Part shown: piece by piece, positions 35,249-44,487 of the stretch
Position numbering within the stretch: position 1 is the stretch's first letter
How the letters are laid out: the number at the start of each line of letters is the position of its first letter
Source of the DNA: a virus
Taxonomy: Duplodnaviria > Caudoviricetes
DNA: 50,925 nucleotides
IMG/VR virus record: IMGVR_UViG_3300044739_000008
Location: 1 to 50,925 of that record
Reading direction: 5' to 3' (one strand)
The notes under the pieces: generated by a model
Told to the model about the DNA's origin: nothing
What the model saw: only the letters and a program-made list of their open reading frames with translations
The model's database searches: none
Translations under genes and position numbers: made by a program

Positions 35249-35922
35249 GGCATCCTCAGTTCTTGACCCTTGCGGATGTTACGCGGGTCGCGGATGTTGT
35301 TGAGCTTTGCGATCTCGCGCCAGCGCTTCGCTGACCCAAGCTCGCGTGCGGCAATCTCGGAGAGGGTGTCGCCCGCCTTCACCTTGTAGGTCTTGTTCGC
35401 GGCGCCCTTCTTGCCCGAGCCCTTCTTGCCGCCCTTGCCCTTTTTCTTGCGGCGCTTCCGGGCGAGCGTGATGATCGTCTCGTCGCCGATGTACTGCCAG
35501 ACCTCCACGGTGGCGATCTGCCGCGTGCGGAGTCCGGCTGCGTTGTAGATCGCGTCACCCCAGGCGATGTCGGCGATGACCCAGTCCACGCTCGGCGTCC
35601 GAGGGCGCGAGCCGACCGTCACCACGTGGACCACGGGCGGCTCCTCGTTCCCGCCCTGCTGGCGCGCCATCCGTTCGAGCGCGGCGATTTGCGGCTCAAC
35701 GGTCGTGCCCGAGGCGAAGCCGTCGAACAGGACCGGGATCGACAGCTTGTAGCCCTTCGAGCCCGCCCACTCGGTGATCGAGATGCGCTTGGGTCGATCG
35801 ACCTCTGTCCAGCCGCCGTAGCCGCCGCTCGGCGTGATGGGTCCGTCGCCGATCCAACCGGCGCTCGACAGCGGCGGGTCCTCGCAGACGAACTCAACCT
35901 GACCGGCGATAACCGGGCTCAT
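35245..35922 (-). CDS. Tail tube initiator with LysM domain
   Basis: YKVKAGDTLSEIAARELG...IAKLNNIRDPRNIRKGQELRMP. Confidence 0.88.
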   Translation of the reverse strand: MSPVIAGQVEFVCEDPPLSSAGWIGDGPITPSGGYGGWTEVDRPKRISITEWAGSKGYKLSIPVLFDGFASGTTVEPQIAALERMARQQGGNEEPPVVHVVTVGSRPRTPSVDWVIADIAWGDAIYNAAGLRTRQIATVEVWQYIGDETIITLARKRRKKKGKGGKKGSGKKGAANKTYKVKAGDTLSEIAARELGSAKRWREIAKLNNIRDPRNIRKGQELRMP

Positions 35923-37892
35923 GTCAGTGCCTTCCGATCCTCGAAGTCGTCAATCACGGCGTCGGCGAGGACGCGGCGCCCGACGACCAGCTGGATGACC
36001 TTCTTGCCGCCGCCGCCTCCGCGCGACATCTCGCTCAAGTCGATCGGTCCGGGAGGGCTGACGAGCGGCGTCACCTTCGCGCCGGTCGGCAAGTTGAGTA
36101 GCTCCGGCCCGAACTCGTTCATGATCGTCGGACCGCTGCGCGTGATGGTGCCTCCCATCCCGAGGAGCGGGATGTTGGGCGTGTCGATGTTGATGTCGGG
36201 GAGCGGTCCCGGTCCCTTGACGTGGAAGCCGAGATTGTTCCAGGCGCCGATGACGAAGTTGATCGCCGAGCGGAACGCCTCTTTGATCCCGTCGAACATC
36301 CCGCTGGCTGCGTTCTTGATCTTGGCCGGCATCCCGGCGATGGCGAGCACGACGCCCACGGCGCCCTTCTTGATGACCTCCCAGACCTTCCCCGCGATGG
36401 CGCCCGCTCGCTGGAACGGCGCCGGGAGGAGCCGGAGCACCGGCATGAGCTTCCCGCCGATCATCGCGCCGACTCTCAGCACAGCCTGCCCGACACCGGC
36501 ATAGATGCGAGTGACGAACTGGAACACGCGCCCGACCGTCCGCCCGATGAACGAGAGTCCTCGGAGCAGGAACCCGAGCTTGGTGGCGTTGCGGATCAGG
36601 AACAGGAACGGCCCGCCCGCGACGAACATGATGATCTTGGCGACCGCCTGAACGGGTCCGGGGAGCATCCCGAAGTATTTGCCGAGCGTCCCCATCGTCT
36701 GTCCGGCGATCGAGAGTGGCCGAGCGAGGACGCGGAGGAGCGCGACGAATCCGGCGACTCCCTTGATCACAGCCTTGATGATCGCGCCGCCGAAGAAGAA
36801 TGAGAGCAGGTAGCCGATGACCTCGAAGGCGGGCTTGAGCGGCGCAAGGAACTCGCCGATGAAGCCGAGCGCCTTGGCGAGTATGCCGATCCCGAAGATG
36901 GCAATCTTGATCGCGCCGACGAGCATGGAACCGATCCCGATGGCGAAGCCCTTGAGGAGGGGTAGCACGACGTTCTCGATGAAGGGAGCCATAGGCTTGA
37001 GAGCGTTCATCAGGTCCTCGAACAGCGGGAGGGCGCCCTGGATCATCTGGTTGAGGAACGGGAACACGTCGCTCTTGAGGATGTTGAAGAGCGGCTTGGT
37101 AACGTCGCCCATGAACTTGTTGAAGTTGTCCTTGATCGTGGACCACTGACCCTGGAAGGTCTTGGCCTGGGCGGCGGACGAGCCCTTGAACCGCTCGTCC
37201 ATCCCCTTGGTGAGGGCGGCGATGCCCTTGTCGGCTCCGATCGCGCCGGTGCGGAGCGCCTTCTCAAGCTCCTTGCCGGTCATGTCGAACTCCTTACGCA
37301 GGATGCCGAAGGCGGGGATGCCTAGCTCGGCCATCTGCATAAGCTCCTCGGTGCTGAGCTTGCCCTTCGCCTGGATCTGCCCGAGGGACATGACCAGTCG
37401 CTGAATCTCCTCCGTCCCGCCGCCGATCCCGGCGACCGCGTCACCGACCGTGTTGAGTGTCTTCTTGGTCTCGTCCGCCGTGAAGCCGAAGGCCAGGAAC
37501 TTGCGCGCGGCTCCGGCTAGCTCGGGGAACTCGAACGGCGTCTTGGCGGCCATCTGGTACAGGTCATCCAAGAACACCGTCGCCCTCTTGGTGGAGCCCA
37601 GGAAGTTCGTGAAGGCCACGGTGTTCGACTCCATCGTGGCGTTGAAGTTGAGGCCCATCTTCCCGGACACGGCGCCCATGGCGACGAATCCGGCGCCAGC
37701 GACCTTGGTAGCGGTTCCGATGCCAGCCAGCTGCTGGCGGGCTCCCTGGAGTCCGGTGTTGAACCGTCCCCACACTCGGGAGCCCGCCGCGCTGCTGATC
37801 GAGCGGAGGGCGGATGCGGAGCCCTTGGCGTCACTTTGGAAGCGGCGCGCATCGCGCATCCGCAGCCAGACCTCGATCCGCTCGGGGGCCAT
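35919..37892 (-). CDS. Tape measure protein
   Basis: AAKTPFEF, LGQIQAKGKL..EELMQ, QAKTFQGQWSTIKD; amphipathic repeats. Confidence 0.93.
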   Translation of the reverse strand: MAPERIEVWLRMRDARRFQSDAKGSASALRSISSAAGSRVWGRFNTGLQGARQQLAGIGTATKVAGAGFVAMGAVSGKMGLNFNATMESNTVAFTNFLGSTKRATVFLDDLYQMAAKTPFEFPELAGAARKFLAFGFTADETKKTLNTVGDAVAGIGGGTEEIQRLVMSLGQIQAKGKLSTEELMQMAELGIPAFGILRKEFDMTGKELEKALRTGAIGADKGIAALTKGMDERFKGSSAAQAKTFQGQWSTIKDNFNKFMGDVTKPLFNILKSDVFPFLNQMIQGALPLFEDLMNALKPMAPFIENVVLPLLKGFAIGIGSMLVGAIKIAIFGIGILAKALGFIGEFLAPLKPAFEVIGYLLSFFFGGAIIKAVIKGVAGFVALLRVLARPLSIAGQTMGTLGKYFGMLPGPVQAVAKIIMFVAGGPFLFLIRNATKLGFLLRGLSFIGRTVGRVFQFVTRIYAGVGQAVLRVGAMIGGKLMPVLRLLPAPFQRAGAIAGKVWEVIKKGAVGVVLAIAGMPAKIKNAASGMFDGIKEAFRSAINFVIGAWNNLGFHVKGPGPLPDINIDTPNIPLLGMGGTITRSGPTIMNEFGPELLNLPTGAKVTPLVSPPGPIDLSEMSRGGGGGKKVIQLVVGRRVLADAVIDDFEDRKALT

Positions 37893-38098
37893 TACTTCTT
37901 GATCGCCTTACTGAGGGTGCCGACAATCCGATGCGCCAACGCCTCGTCCCGCTCGCCCGCCCACTTGATGGCGCGCTCGGCGACGGCGCGGAGCAAGACA
38001 AGCTCCTCCCCGCTCGCCCGAGCGATGGCGAGAGGGTCCACCCCGGCGTTGGCAGCAGCGGCGATCAACTCAACGGCGCTGCCGGCTCGGATTCCCCC
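37892..38098 (-). CDS. -1 frameshift extension of tail assembly chaperone (gpGT-like)
   Basis: GGGGGAA slippery site at 38092-38098; -1 frame open to TAA overlapping the tape-measure ATG. Confidence 0.8.
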   Translation of the reverse strand, partial: GGIRAGSAVELIAAAANAGVDPLAIARASGEELVLLRAVAERAIKWAGERDEALAHRIVGTLSKAIKK

Positions 38099-38625
38099 AG
38101 GATGGCCTCATCTATCTCCTGAGACGTGTCCTGCATCCAGGTGGCGATCTTCATCGCGTGCGAGGCGATGGCGACCGCGTTGGACTTGAACAGGTACAGC
38201 ACGACATCCGTCGCCGACTCAGCCTCGACGCCGAGCAGGGCGGCCAGGTCGTGGTCGAAGCGGACCTGGACGCCGTGACCGTTGAGAACCGGCTCGATCG
38301 CGCCGGTGTCCGGGTCCCTCATCAGGACTCCCTCGCAAGCTCGCGCGAGAAAGTTGATGTCGGCTCCCGAGTCCGTGTTCTTGCCCTGGCGGGCTCGCTT
38401 CGCAAGCTCCTCCAGCTGACTCCGGTCAACCACCCGGTAGCGCGCGACAAGGTCGCCGCCCCAGGTGGGGATCGGAAGGGTCAGGGACTCGTTGGCGACA
38501 CGGATGTCCCGTGCCGCCTTGATGCGCCCGAGGAGGGAGCCGTTGGCGCTCGATGCGACCTCTGCGGCCGACACCGGCGTGTCCGGGCTTCCCTCCTCCT
38601 GCGGCGTCTCTACCTCTGTACTCAT
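38065..38625 (-). CDS. Tail assembly chaperone (gpG-like)
   Basis: Between tube and tape measure; ends ILGES at slippery site. Confidence 0.8.
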   Translation of the reverse strand: MSTEVETPQEEGSPDTPVSAAEVASSANGSLLGRIKAARDIRVANESLTLPIPTWGGDLVARYRVVDRSQLEELAKRARQGKNTDSGADINFLARACEGVLMRDPDTGAIEPVLNGHGVQVRFDHDLAALLGVEAESATDVVLYLFKSNAVAIASHAMKIATWMQDTSQEIDEAILGESEPAAPLS

Positions 38626-38654
38626 CGCTACCTCCTCTTGATACGGGTTGTGAA

Positions 38655-39068
38655 CTAGACCTGTGACGCCGTCGCGGCGGACATCTCCAGTTCGATCTTG
38701 GCCGGGTCCGAGGACTCGCTGTCGTGCTCAGGCAGAGTGACCTGCTTGAGCTTGCCCCGGTACACCGTGGGCTTCCCGAAGGCGACCCCATCGACGCCGA
38801 GCGGCTGCTTGGTGACGATGAAGTCGCCCTTGCCGACCTGGCCGAGCAGAAACGGGACCAGCTGGTGATCCCGTTCGAGCAGGTACAGGCGCCCGACCGT
38901 CACGTTGTTGACGGTCACGGACCCGCCCAGGCTGATCTGAGCCGCGAGTCCTCCCGGCCTGTACTTGGACTCCTCGCTGTCGATCTCGCCGCCGGTGTGC
39001 GAGTCCCAGATGCCCAGGTCCCGCTCGCCGATGGTCACGCCGACTGCGTACTGATCTTCGCGTGAAAT
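38655..39068 (-). CDS. Tail tube protein (probable ATT start; first canonical start GTG 39038)
   Basis: GGEIDSEESKYRPGG, NVTVGR, YRGKL, P..DS.S; follows sheath. Confidence 0.8.
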   Translation of the reverse strand: MSREDQYAVGVTIGERDLGIWDSHTGGEIDSEESKYRPGGLAAQISLGGSVTVNNVTVGRLYLLERDHQLVPFLLGQVGKGDFIVTKQPLGVDGVAFGKPTVYRGKLKQVTLPEHDSESSDPAKIELEMSAATASQV

Positions 39069-39084
39069 ACGCCATCACCCCTTT

Positions 39085-40548
39085 CTAGATGACCGCTTCG
39101 GAGGAGCGGACCTTGGACAGCTGGAGCACGACCAGTTCCGCGAAGGGACTCATCCGCAGCGCGACGGCGGCGTTGAGTTCGCGGTTGGCGATCGACTCCG
39201 GCGTGTTGACCTGCTCCCCGACATCGACGTTGAACGCCTCCTGAGGCGTGGCGCCGTAGAGGCTGTTCCACTTGGCCCAGTCCTCCGTGAGGAGGGCGAT
39301 GATGTCGCCGCCCGCCTTGTTGACGAGGATTCGCCGCCCGTCCAGTTCGCCGAACAGGTAGCGCTCCAGCACAGCCTCTCCGCGAGCGATCACGCTCATG
39401 AAGTACCTCGCGTTGCTGAAGTCCAACCAGTTGTCGTCGGTGGACGGGTCGGTGAGCGTCCTCCATCCGTAGGTACGGACCTGCCCGTACTTCATGATGG
39501 AGATGTTGACCCCAGCCGCGTTGAGGTCCTGACGGTCAGCGTCGCTGAACGTCTGCCGGACCTCCGTGGCGAACTGGGCGATGCCGTTCTCGCCCGCTGC
39601 GGGCTTGTTCGGCGAGTTGCCGGCGCCTTCCGAGCGCGCGATGTGAGCGCACACCCGAGCCGACGAGGGCACGACGCGATCCGTCCCCGAGACGATGCCG
39701 GGAACCGTGTCCCAGGGCGCGAACAGGGCGCCCTCGCGGCGCCTCGTCGTCTGGGCGCGGATCAGCGCGGACGCGGCGAGCAGCTGGGCCTTGGTCGAGC
39801 CCTCGGGCGCGTCCAGGACCGCCTTGCGGTTGTGAGTCCTCGCGTGGTCCAGCAACTGCTCGTGTCCGGCCTGGGTCGTCCGTCCGGGCGCGACCACCTG
39901 ACCGGGTCCGAGATCGCGCGGGAGCGCTTCGAGCGCCGCCGCCCACTCGGTGTTCGTGATGTTGAGGCGATCGTCCGTGCCTCCGGTCAGGCCGGTCGCC
40001 GCCGCAACCTCGGGATCGAGGCTCGTGCCCGCATCCGTGAGCGTGATGTACTCGCGGACGCCGAGCGTGTCGGCCCACGCGAGCGCGGCGGTCTTGTCGA
40101 CCAGGCTCGGGCTCGTGAGGGCGAAGTCCGTGTCGTCGTCGTGCGTCACGACGATCTTGAACTCACCCGCCTGATCACCGGCTGTGATCTCGACGTTGAA
40201 GCCGTTCCCGAACTCGCCCGGATCGACCGCAGCGACGATGAGCGCCGGGTCATCCGCCGAGTCCACCAGCGTGATGTCCGCCGTCTCCGGGTCCGGCCCG
40301 ACCACTCGCACGAAGTGAGCCTGACGGCCTCCCTCGCGGAAGTAGGTGTCGAGCCAGTCCCACACGAGCGAGTAGGTCTGGCGTGACCCCACGTAGTCCT
40401 CGACCTGCGACATCGAAGTCAGCTTCACCGGAGCCTCCGGCGAGCCCTTCGAGCTTGTACCGACGATGAACACCGGACCCGTCGCCGTGGGCGCGGACCG
40501 GGGCGGTGCGTTCTCCAGCACCAGCGTTTCGACTCCTGGGCGTGCCAT
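39085..40548 (-). CDS. Tail sheath protein
   Basis: MARPGVE, YFREGG, PG..GN, PSS, KPAAG, LNAAGVN, YGWRTL, SPFAE. Confidence 0.93.
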   Translation of the reverse strand: MARPGVETLVLENAPPRSAPTATGPVFIVGTSSKGSPEAPVKLTSMSQVEDYVGSRQTYSLVWDWLDTYFREGGRQAHFVRVVGPDPETADITLVDSADDPALIVAAVDPGEFGNGFNVEITAGDQAGEFKIVVTHDDDTDFALTSPSLVDKTAALAWADTLGVREYITLTDAGTSLDPEVAAATGLTGGTDDRLNITNTEWAAALEALPRDLGPGQVVAPGRTTQAGHEQLLDHARTHNRKAVLDAPEGSTKAQLLAASALIRAQTTRRREGALFAPWDTVPGIVSGTDRVVPSSARVCAHIARSEGAGNSPNKPAAGENGIAQFATEVRQTFSDADRQDLNAAGVNISIMKYGQVRTYGWRTLTDPSTDDNWLDFSNARYFMSVIARGEAVLERYLFGELDGRRILVNKAGGDIIALLTEDWAKWNSLYGATPQEAFNVDVGEQVNTPESIANRELNAAVALRMSPFAELVVLQLSKVRSSEAVI

Positions 40549-40757
40549 CAGTCGTCATCTCCCTTCTTGCCGCCGCTCCCGATCGTCTTGGGCGGGGCGC
40601 CCTTGGACTTGTCCTCACGGAGCAGACCGCGCTCGATGAGGCTTGCGTTGTGCGGTGTGGACCGATCGAGCTTGTCGGACTCGATCTGGTCGCCTGGCGC
40701 GAGCGGGCGCCCGTCGTCTAGCACGTCGGGCACCTTCCCGGTGTAAGTGAAGCCCAT
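40548..40757 (-). CDS. Small virion-associated protein
   Basis: Coupled ORF before the sheath gene. Confidence 0.65.
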   Translation of the reverse strand: MGFTYTGKVPDVLDDGRPLAPGDQIESDKLDRSTPHNASLIERGLLREDKSKGAPPKTIGSGGKKGDDD

Positions 40758-41413
40758 CAGTCCTCCTTGGGTTCGGCTTCAACATGGACAGTCTCTACCT
40801 CAGGCCGGTCGCCTGGGTCCTCATACGGGTCCGCCTCGGGTACGGCATCCGGGCTCGGGTCCACGGGACCGTCGCGCGTGCTGACCACGTCGCCGACCTC
40901 GATGTTGAAGTCCAGGCGGCAGATCGCAGTCGAGCGCTCCGTCTCGATCGGCAGTTCATCGTACTGCTCGTTGATCCACTCGACGCCTCGGACCCGTCCG
41001 TTGAAGGCGTTGTCGAGCGAGGGGCGCTGAAGGAGGAGCATCCTGAACGCTTGCCCGTACATGTTGACGAGCGCCTGGGTGTTCTCCTCCGTGTCGGCTC
41101 CGGCGATCACGGCGAGCGAGACGCGCCACTTGGCGCGGTAGCGCCCGCGTCCCTCCTTGGCGGGCTCGTCGGCGAGTCCGGGGCAGACGACGAGGAGCAG
41201 CGGCAGCGACTCCTCCGGCCAGACCTCCAGCTTGTTGCGCTTGGTCCAGGTATGGATCTGCGGGAGGCTCCGCACGATCGCGTCCCCGTACATGTCCTCC
41301 CACCGGCGCTCGATCTCGGCGAGGTAGGTGACCTCCCACTTCTGGAGCGTCCAGGTGACGGCCTGCTCGATGTCGTACTTGCCGAGCGAGGGGCCAAAGA
41401 GATTCTCACTCAT
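40757..41413 (-). CDS. Tail terminator/completion protein
   Basis: Synteny; LP..LVV motif. Confidence 0.6.
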   Translation of the reverse strand: MSENLFGPSLGKYDIEQAVTWTLQKWEVTYLAEIERRWEDMYGDAIVRSLPQIHTWTKRNKLEVWPEESLPLLLVVCPGLADEPAKEGRGRYRAKWRVSLAVIAGADTEENTQALVNMYGQAFRMLLLQRPSLDNAFNGRVRGVEWINEQYDELPIETERSTAICRLDFNIEVGDVVSTRDGPVDPSPDAVPEADPYEDPGDRPEVETVHVEAEPKED

Positions 41414-41892
41414 CAGAAGCTCACCCGCCCGGTCATGATGAAGTTCTGGAGCGTGCGGACGAGCCCTCGGCGGTCCTGCTCCGTGAAGTTGATCGGTCGG
41501 CGGACCGGGAGCGGGACGGCTGGCGCGCCGGTCTGGTGAGGCGCGATGTAGGGGAGATCGGAGCCGAACACCATGTACTCGGGCTCGATGATGAGGTTCT
41601 GGTTGGCGTCCCCTCGGCGGGTCAGGCTGTTGCGGAGATCGAGCGTGGCGTGGAGGATTCGAGGGTCAAGCCCGAGCCGCCGCTTGCGAGCGGAAGTGCT
41701 CTCCTTGAGAGGCGCCCAAGCGGCTCCTCCGCGAGCGCCCTGCGAGTCAAACTGCTCCTCCTCGATTTCCATGATGTCGTCGGCGATCTGGTCGAAGGCG
41801 GGCGACATATCGCCCGCGCGGTCGCCGACGCGGAGGATGTTCCGACTGACCTGTACGTCGCCTGCGACGGAGATGTCGATGCGAGCGGGCAT
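41413..41892 (-). CDS. Virion morphogenesis protein (Mu gpG-like)
   Basis: F..QG...WAPLK..T, IL..T..LRNSL, YIAPHQ.G, P.R. Confidence 0.82.
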   Translation of the reverse strand: MPARIDISVAGDVQVSRNILRVGDRAGDMSPAFDQIADDIMEIEEEQFDSQGARGGAAWAPLKESTSARKRRLGLDPRILHATLDLRNSLTRRGDANQNLIIEPEYMVFGSDLPYIAPHQTGAPAVPLPVRRPINFTEQDRRGLVRTLQNFIMTGRVSF

Positions 41893-42617
41893 CAGAACAT
41901 CTCCGTGACGGAGCCCTCGTCATCGAAGCGGTAGCGAGCGCCGCCAGCCGTCATGACGCTCTCACCGTCGCCACCTTGCTCGTTCGCCTCGGCGATTGCC
42001 TCCTTGGTGCTCTTGACGAGCCGGTCGAAACGGCGCTCCAGCAGCTGGTAGGCGCTCCGGTCGGCGCGCGTCTGCTGCTCGGGGAAGTAGGAAAGCTCGA
42101 CGTTCATCGAGGCGAGGAGCGCGGCAGCCGAGCGCGCGGCGGCTCGGATCGCGTCAGGGTCGTCGCCAGGCGCGTCCGGGAGCCGGGTGCCCCAGACGCC
42201 GGCAAGCTCGGTGACAGCCTCGTTGATCAGAAGCTCGACGTCATAGTTGGTCGGCGTCGTGTCCTCCGTGAACTCGCCCGAGTTGCCGAAGCGGTCGCGC
42301 GTCCGGGCGCGTAGCAGCGCCTCGATCTCGCTCTTGTCCGGCGTCCAGGTCCCGACGATCCCGGTGACCGTGAACTGCTCGTCTGACGAGCCCTCGCCGG
42401 GGACCGTCCAGACGGCGAGATAGTTGCCGGCGCTCGTCGGGAAGGTGATGAGGCTCCGGTACTTGCCCGTGGACCACTCCTCGATCTGCTGGATGGTCTC
42501 CTCGATGACCTCGTCCAGCGTGTCCTCGTTCAGGAGCTTGAAGGTGATCGTGCCAACCAGGCCGGTCTCACCCCAATCGAGGTAGATGTAGCGGGTAGCT
42601 CCGGGGAGGACGCTCAT
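41892..42617 (-). CDS. Head-tail adaptor with N-terminal beta domain
   Basis: LLRART...GEFT..T.PT; ELSYFPEQ. Confidence 0.7.
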   Translation of the reverse strand: MSVLPGATRYIYLDWGETGLVGTITFKLLNEDTLDEVIEETIQQIEEWSTGKYRSLITFPTSAGNYLAVWTVPGEGSSDEQFTVTGIVGTWTPDKSEIEALLRARTRDRFGNSGEFTEDTTPTNYDVELLINEAVTELAGVWGTRLPDAPGDDPDAIRAAARSAAALLASMNVELSYFPEQQTRADRSAYQLLERRFDRLVKSTKEAIAEANEQGGDGESVMTAGGARYRFDDEGSVTEMF

Positions 42618-42640
42618 GTTGGTCTCCTAGACGGAGGGGC

Positions 42641-42673
42641 GGGCGGCCAGAGCGGGAGGAGCCCTGGCCGCCC
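42641..42673 (-). terminator. Hairpin after capsid operon
   Basis: GGGCGGCCAG/CTGGCCGCCC 10-bp stem in intergenic gap. Confidence 0.55.
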
Positions 42674-42680
42674 TCCACCG

Positions 42681-43121
42681 TCAGTCGTTGCCTCCGGCGA
42701 TCTTCGCCAGACCCTCGATGAGGGACGAGCGCGGGTCGCCGTCCGTCGCCAGGTTCTCTGCCTCGACAAGGCGCGTGGCCAGGTCGGGGTTCCCCTTGGC
42801 GGCGTTGAGCACCTGGTTGACCGTGGGCTTCTGATCGCCCTCGAACTCGCCGTCTGAGTTGAGCCAGTCGCTCAACTCCTCGGTGTCGAGATCGTTGAGG
42901 GCCACTTCCTGCTCCTCAACGGCCTGCTCCTCCTCCTCCGTGTAGAAGGAACCGAAGCGCTCGCCCTTGGCGACATCGTAGGGCAGTAGCTCCACGGTGT
43001 CGCCTCGACGTGCCAGCCGCTCCACGAACACCGTCTTGTCGGGTTCGTAGGGGTGCGGCTGCTCCACCAGGTAGGCGAAGGCCAGGTGCTTGATCTTGCG
43101 TGACTCTGTCTTCTGTGCCAT
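42681..43121 (-). CDS. Head-associated hypothetical protein
   Basis: Follows major capsid; strong SD AAAGGAGG. Confidence 0.7.
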   Translation of the reverse strand: MAQKTESRKIKHLAFAYLVEQPHPYEPDKTVFVERLARRGDTVELLPYDVAKGERFGSFYTEEEEQAVEEQEVALNDLDTEELSDWLNSDGEFEGDQKPTVNQVLNAAKGNPDLATRLVEAENLATDGDPRSSLIEGLAKIAGGND

Positions 43122-43139
43122 GCTGATCAGTCCTCCTTT

Positions 43140-44048
43140 CTAGCCTGCCAGGCCGGTGAACTTGATGACCGCGAAGTCGTTGGTCACGTAGTGGACGGGG
43201 CGCACGTCGGTCTGAACGGCGGTCCTCTGCCGTCCCTCCTCGCGCCACGTCGCCGTGCCCAGCGCCTTTTCGATCCTCATCTCGCCGACCTGCTGCGCGG
43301 CGAGCGCGTAGGCGGTCCCAGCGGTCACGCGGTTCGACACGTAGACCTGCTGGTTGGTCTCGCTGAGGACTTCCCTCAGGTTCGAGACGCCGCCGTGGCC
43401 GATGATGAGGTTGGTGAACTCCTGGGGGTTGAGCAGCCACAGGCCGACCTCGATCCCCAGTTCGTCCTCCTCCATCATCTGGTTGGCCAGAGCGAAGTCG
43501 CGCAGCGGCATGTTCTGCGCGGTCGTCTGGCCGGCATCCGGGCCGGTCGGCGTTGCCGTGGCCCAGTTGCGCCCGGTGACCGTCCGTCCGCTCGCCGCGA
43601 TGCTGGCCTCCAGGAGGCTGATCGCAATCGCGTTGAGCTTCCGCACGATCGTGTTGGACAGGCGACGGACGCGGTTGGTGAACTGAGCAGAGTTGTTCCG
43701 CTCACGCGCCTCGTCGGTGATGTAGACCTTGCCGCCCCACTTGCGGACGGTGGCCACGAACGGCGCCAGGCGCTCGTCGGTGATCTCCGGGAACTCGGCA
43801 CCCGGTGCGACCTCCTCGACGTCACGAGCCGCGTACAACTCGTTGGCCTGGGTCTTGTCGTAGACCACGGCCCCACCCGTGACGCCTCCCGCCGACGCGA
43901 AGATGCGATCGGCGATGAAGCGCTGGAGCGTGAGGTCCATGATCATCTTGGTCACGCGCGTCGGCTGGTTCAGCATGGTGTCCACGGTGATCGTGGTCCC
44001 GCTGACGGTCGGCGGCGCGTAAGGGTGATACACGCTTGATGCAGGCAC
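43140..44048 (-). CDS. Major capsid protein
   Basis: EEVAPGAEFP, KWGGKVYITDEA, LLNP; synteny. Confidence 0.9.
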   Translation of the reverse strand: MPASSVYHPYAPPTVSGTTITVDTMLNQPTRVTKMIMDLTLQRFIADRIFASAGGVTGGAVVYDKTQANELYAARDVEEVAPGAEFPEITDERLAPFVATVRKWGGKVYITDEARERNNSAQFTNRVRRLSNTIVRKLNAIAISLLEASIAASGRTVTGRNWATATPTGPDAGQTTAQNMPLRDFALANQMMEEDELGIEVGLWLLNPQEFTNLIIGHGGVSNLREVLSETNQQVYVSNRVTAGTAYALAAQQVGEMRIEKALGTATWREEGRQRTAVQTDVRPVHYVTNDFAVIKFTGLAG

Positions 44049-44070
44049 TTACATCAACTCCTTTCTGAAC

Positions 44071-44481
44071 TCAGTGGAGCCGGACGAAGACATCTTCGCC
44101 CGCCGCCGCCGTGTTGATTGCGATTCCCGCCGAGACGCCGGCATCGAGCGGCAGAGCCTGCCCGGTCCCGTCCGACTCGACCTCGTCACCGGCGGTGACC
44201 CCGCCCGTCCCCGCGCGGACCGGCACGGTGTGGCCCGGTCCGAGCACGACGAACTTGGCGTTGATCGCCGCGTCCCGGTCGGCGACTCCGAAGGCACGCA
44301 GGCCTGCTCCGCACGGCGAGCAGACGATGTTGCCTCCGAGGACGCTCTCACCCGGCACCGCGTCGGCGCCAGGGTCCTTGTCGTGGCTGATGGCCACGAA
44401 CCTCTTGCCGGTGACGGCGGCTTCGGCCTTCGCCGTGATCGCCTGACCGGGCTGGTAGATCGGGATGCACTCGTTGGCCAT
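44071..44481 (-). CDS. Capsid decoration/cement protein (DUF2190-like)
   Basis: AVTGKRFV, FGVA..DAA, AGDEVESD..G.A, GIA..TAAAG. Confidence 0.8.
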   Translation of the reverse strand: MANECIPIYQPGQAITAKAEAAVTGKRFVAISHDKDPGADAVPGESVLGGNIVCSPCGAGLRAFGVADRDAAINAKFVVLGPGHTVPVRAGTGGVTAGDEVESDGTGQALPLDAGVSAGIAINTAAAGEDVFVRLH

Positions 44482-44487
44482 CCTGGA

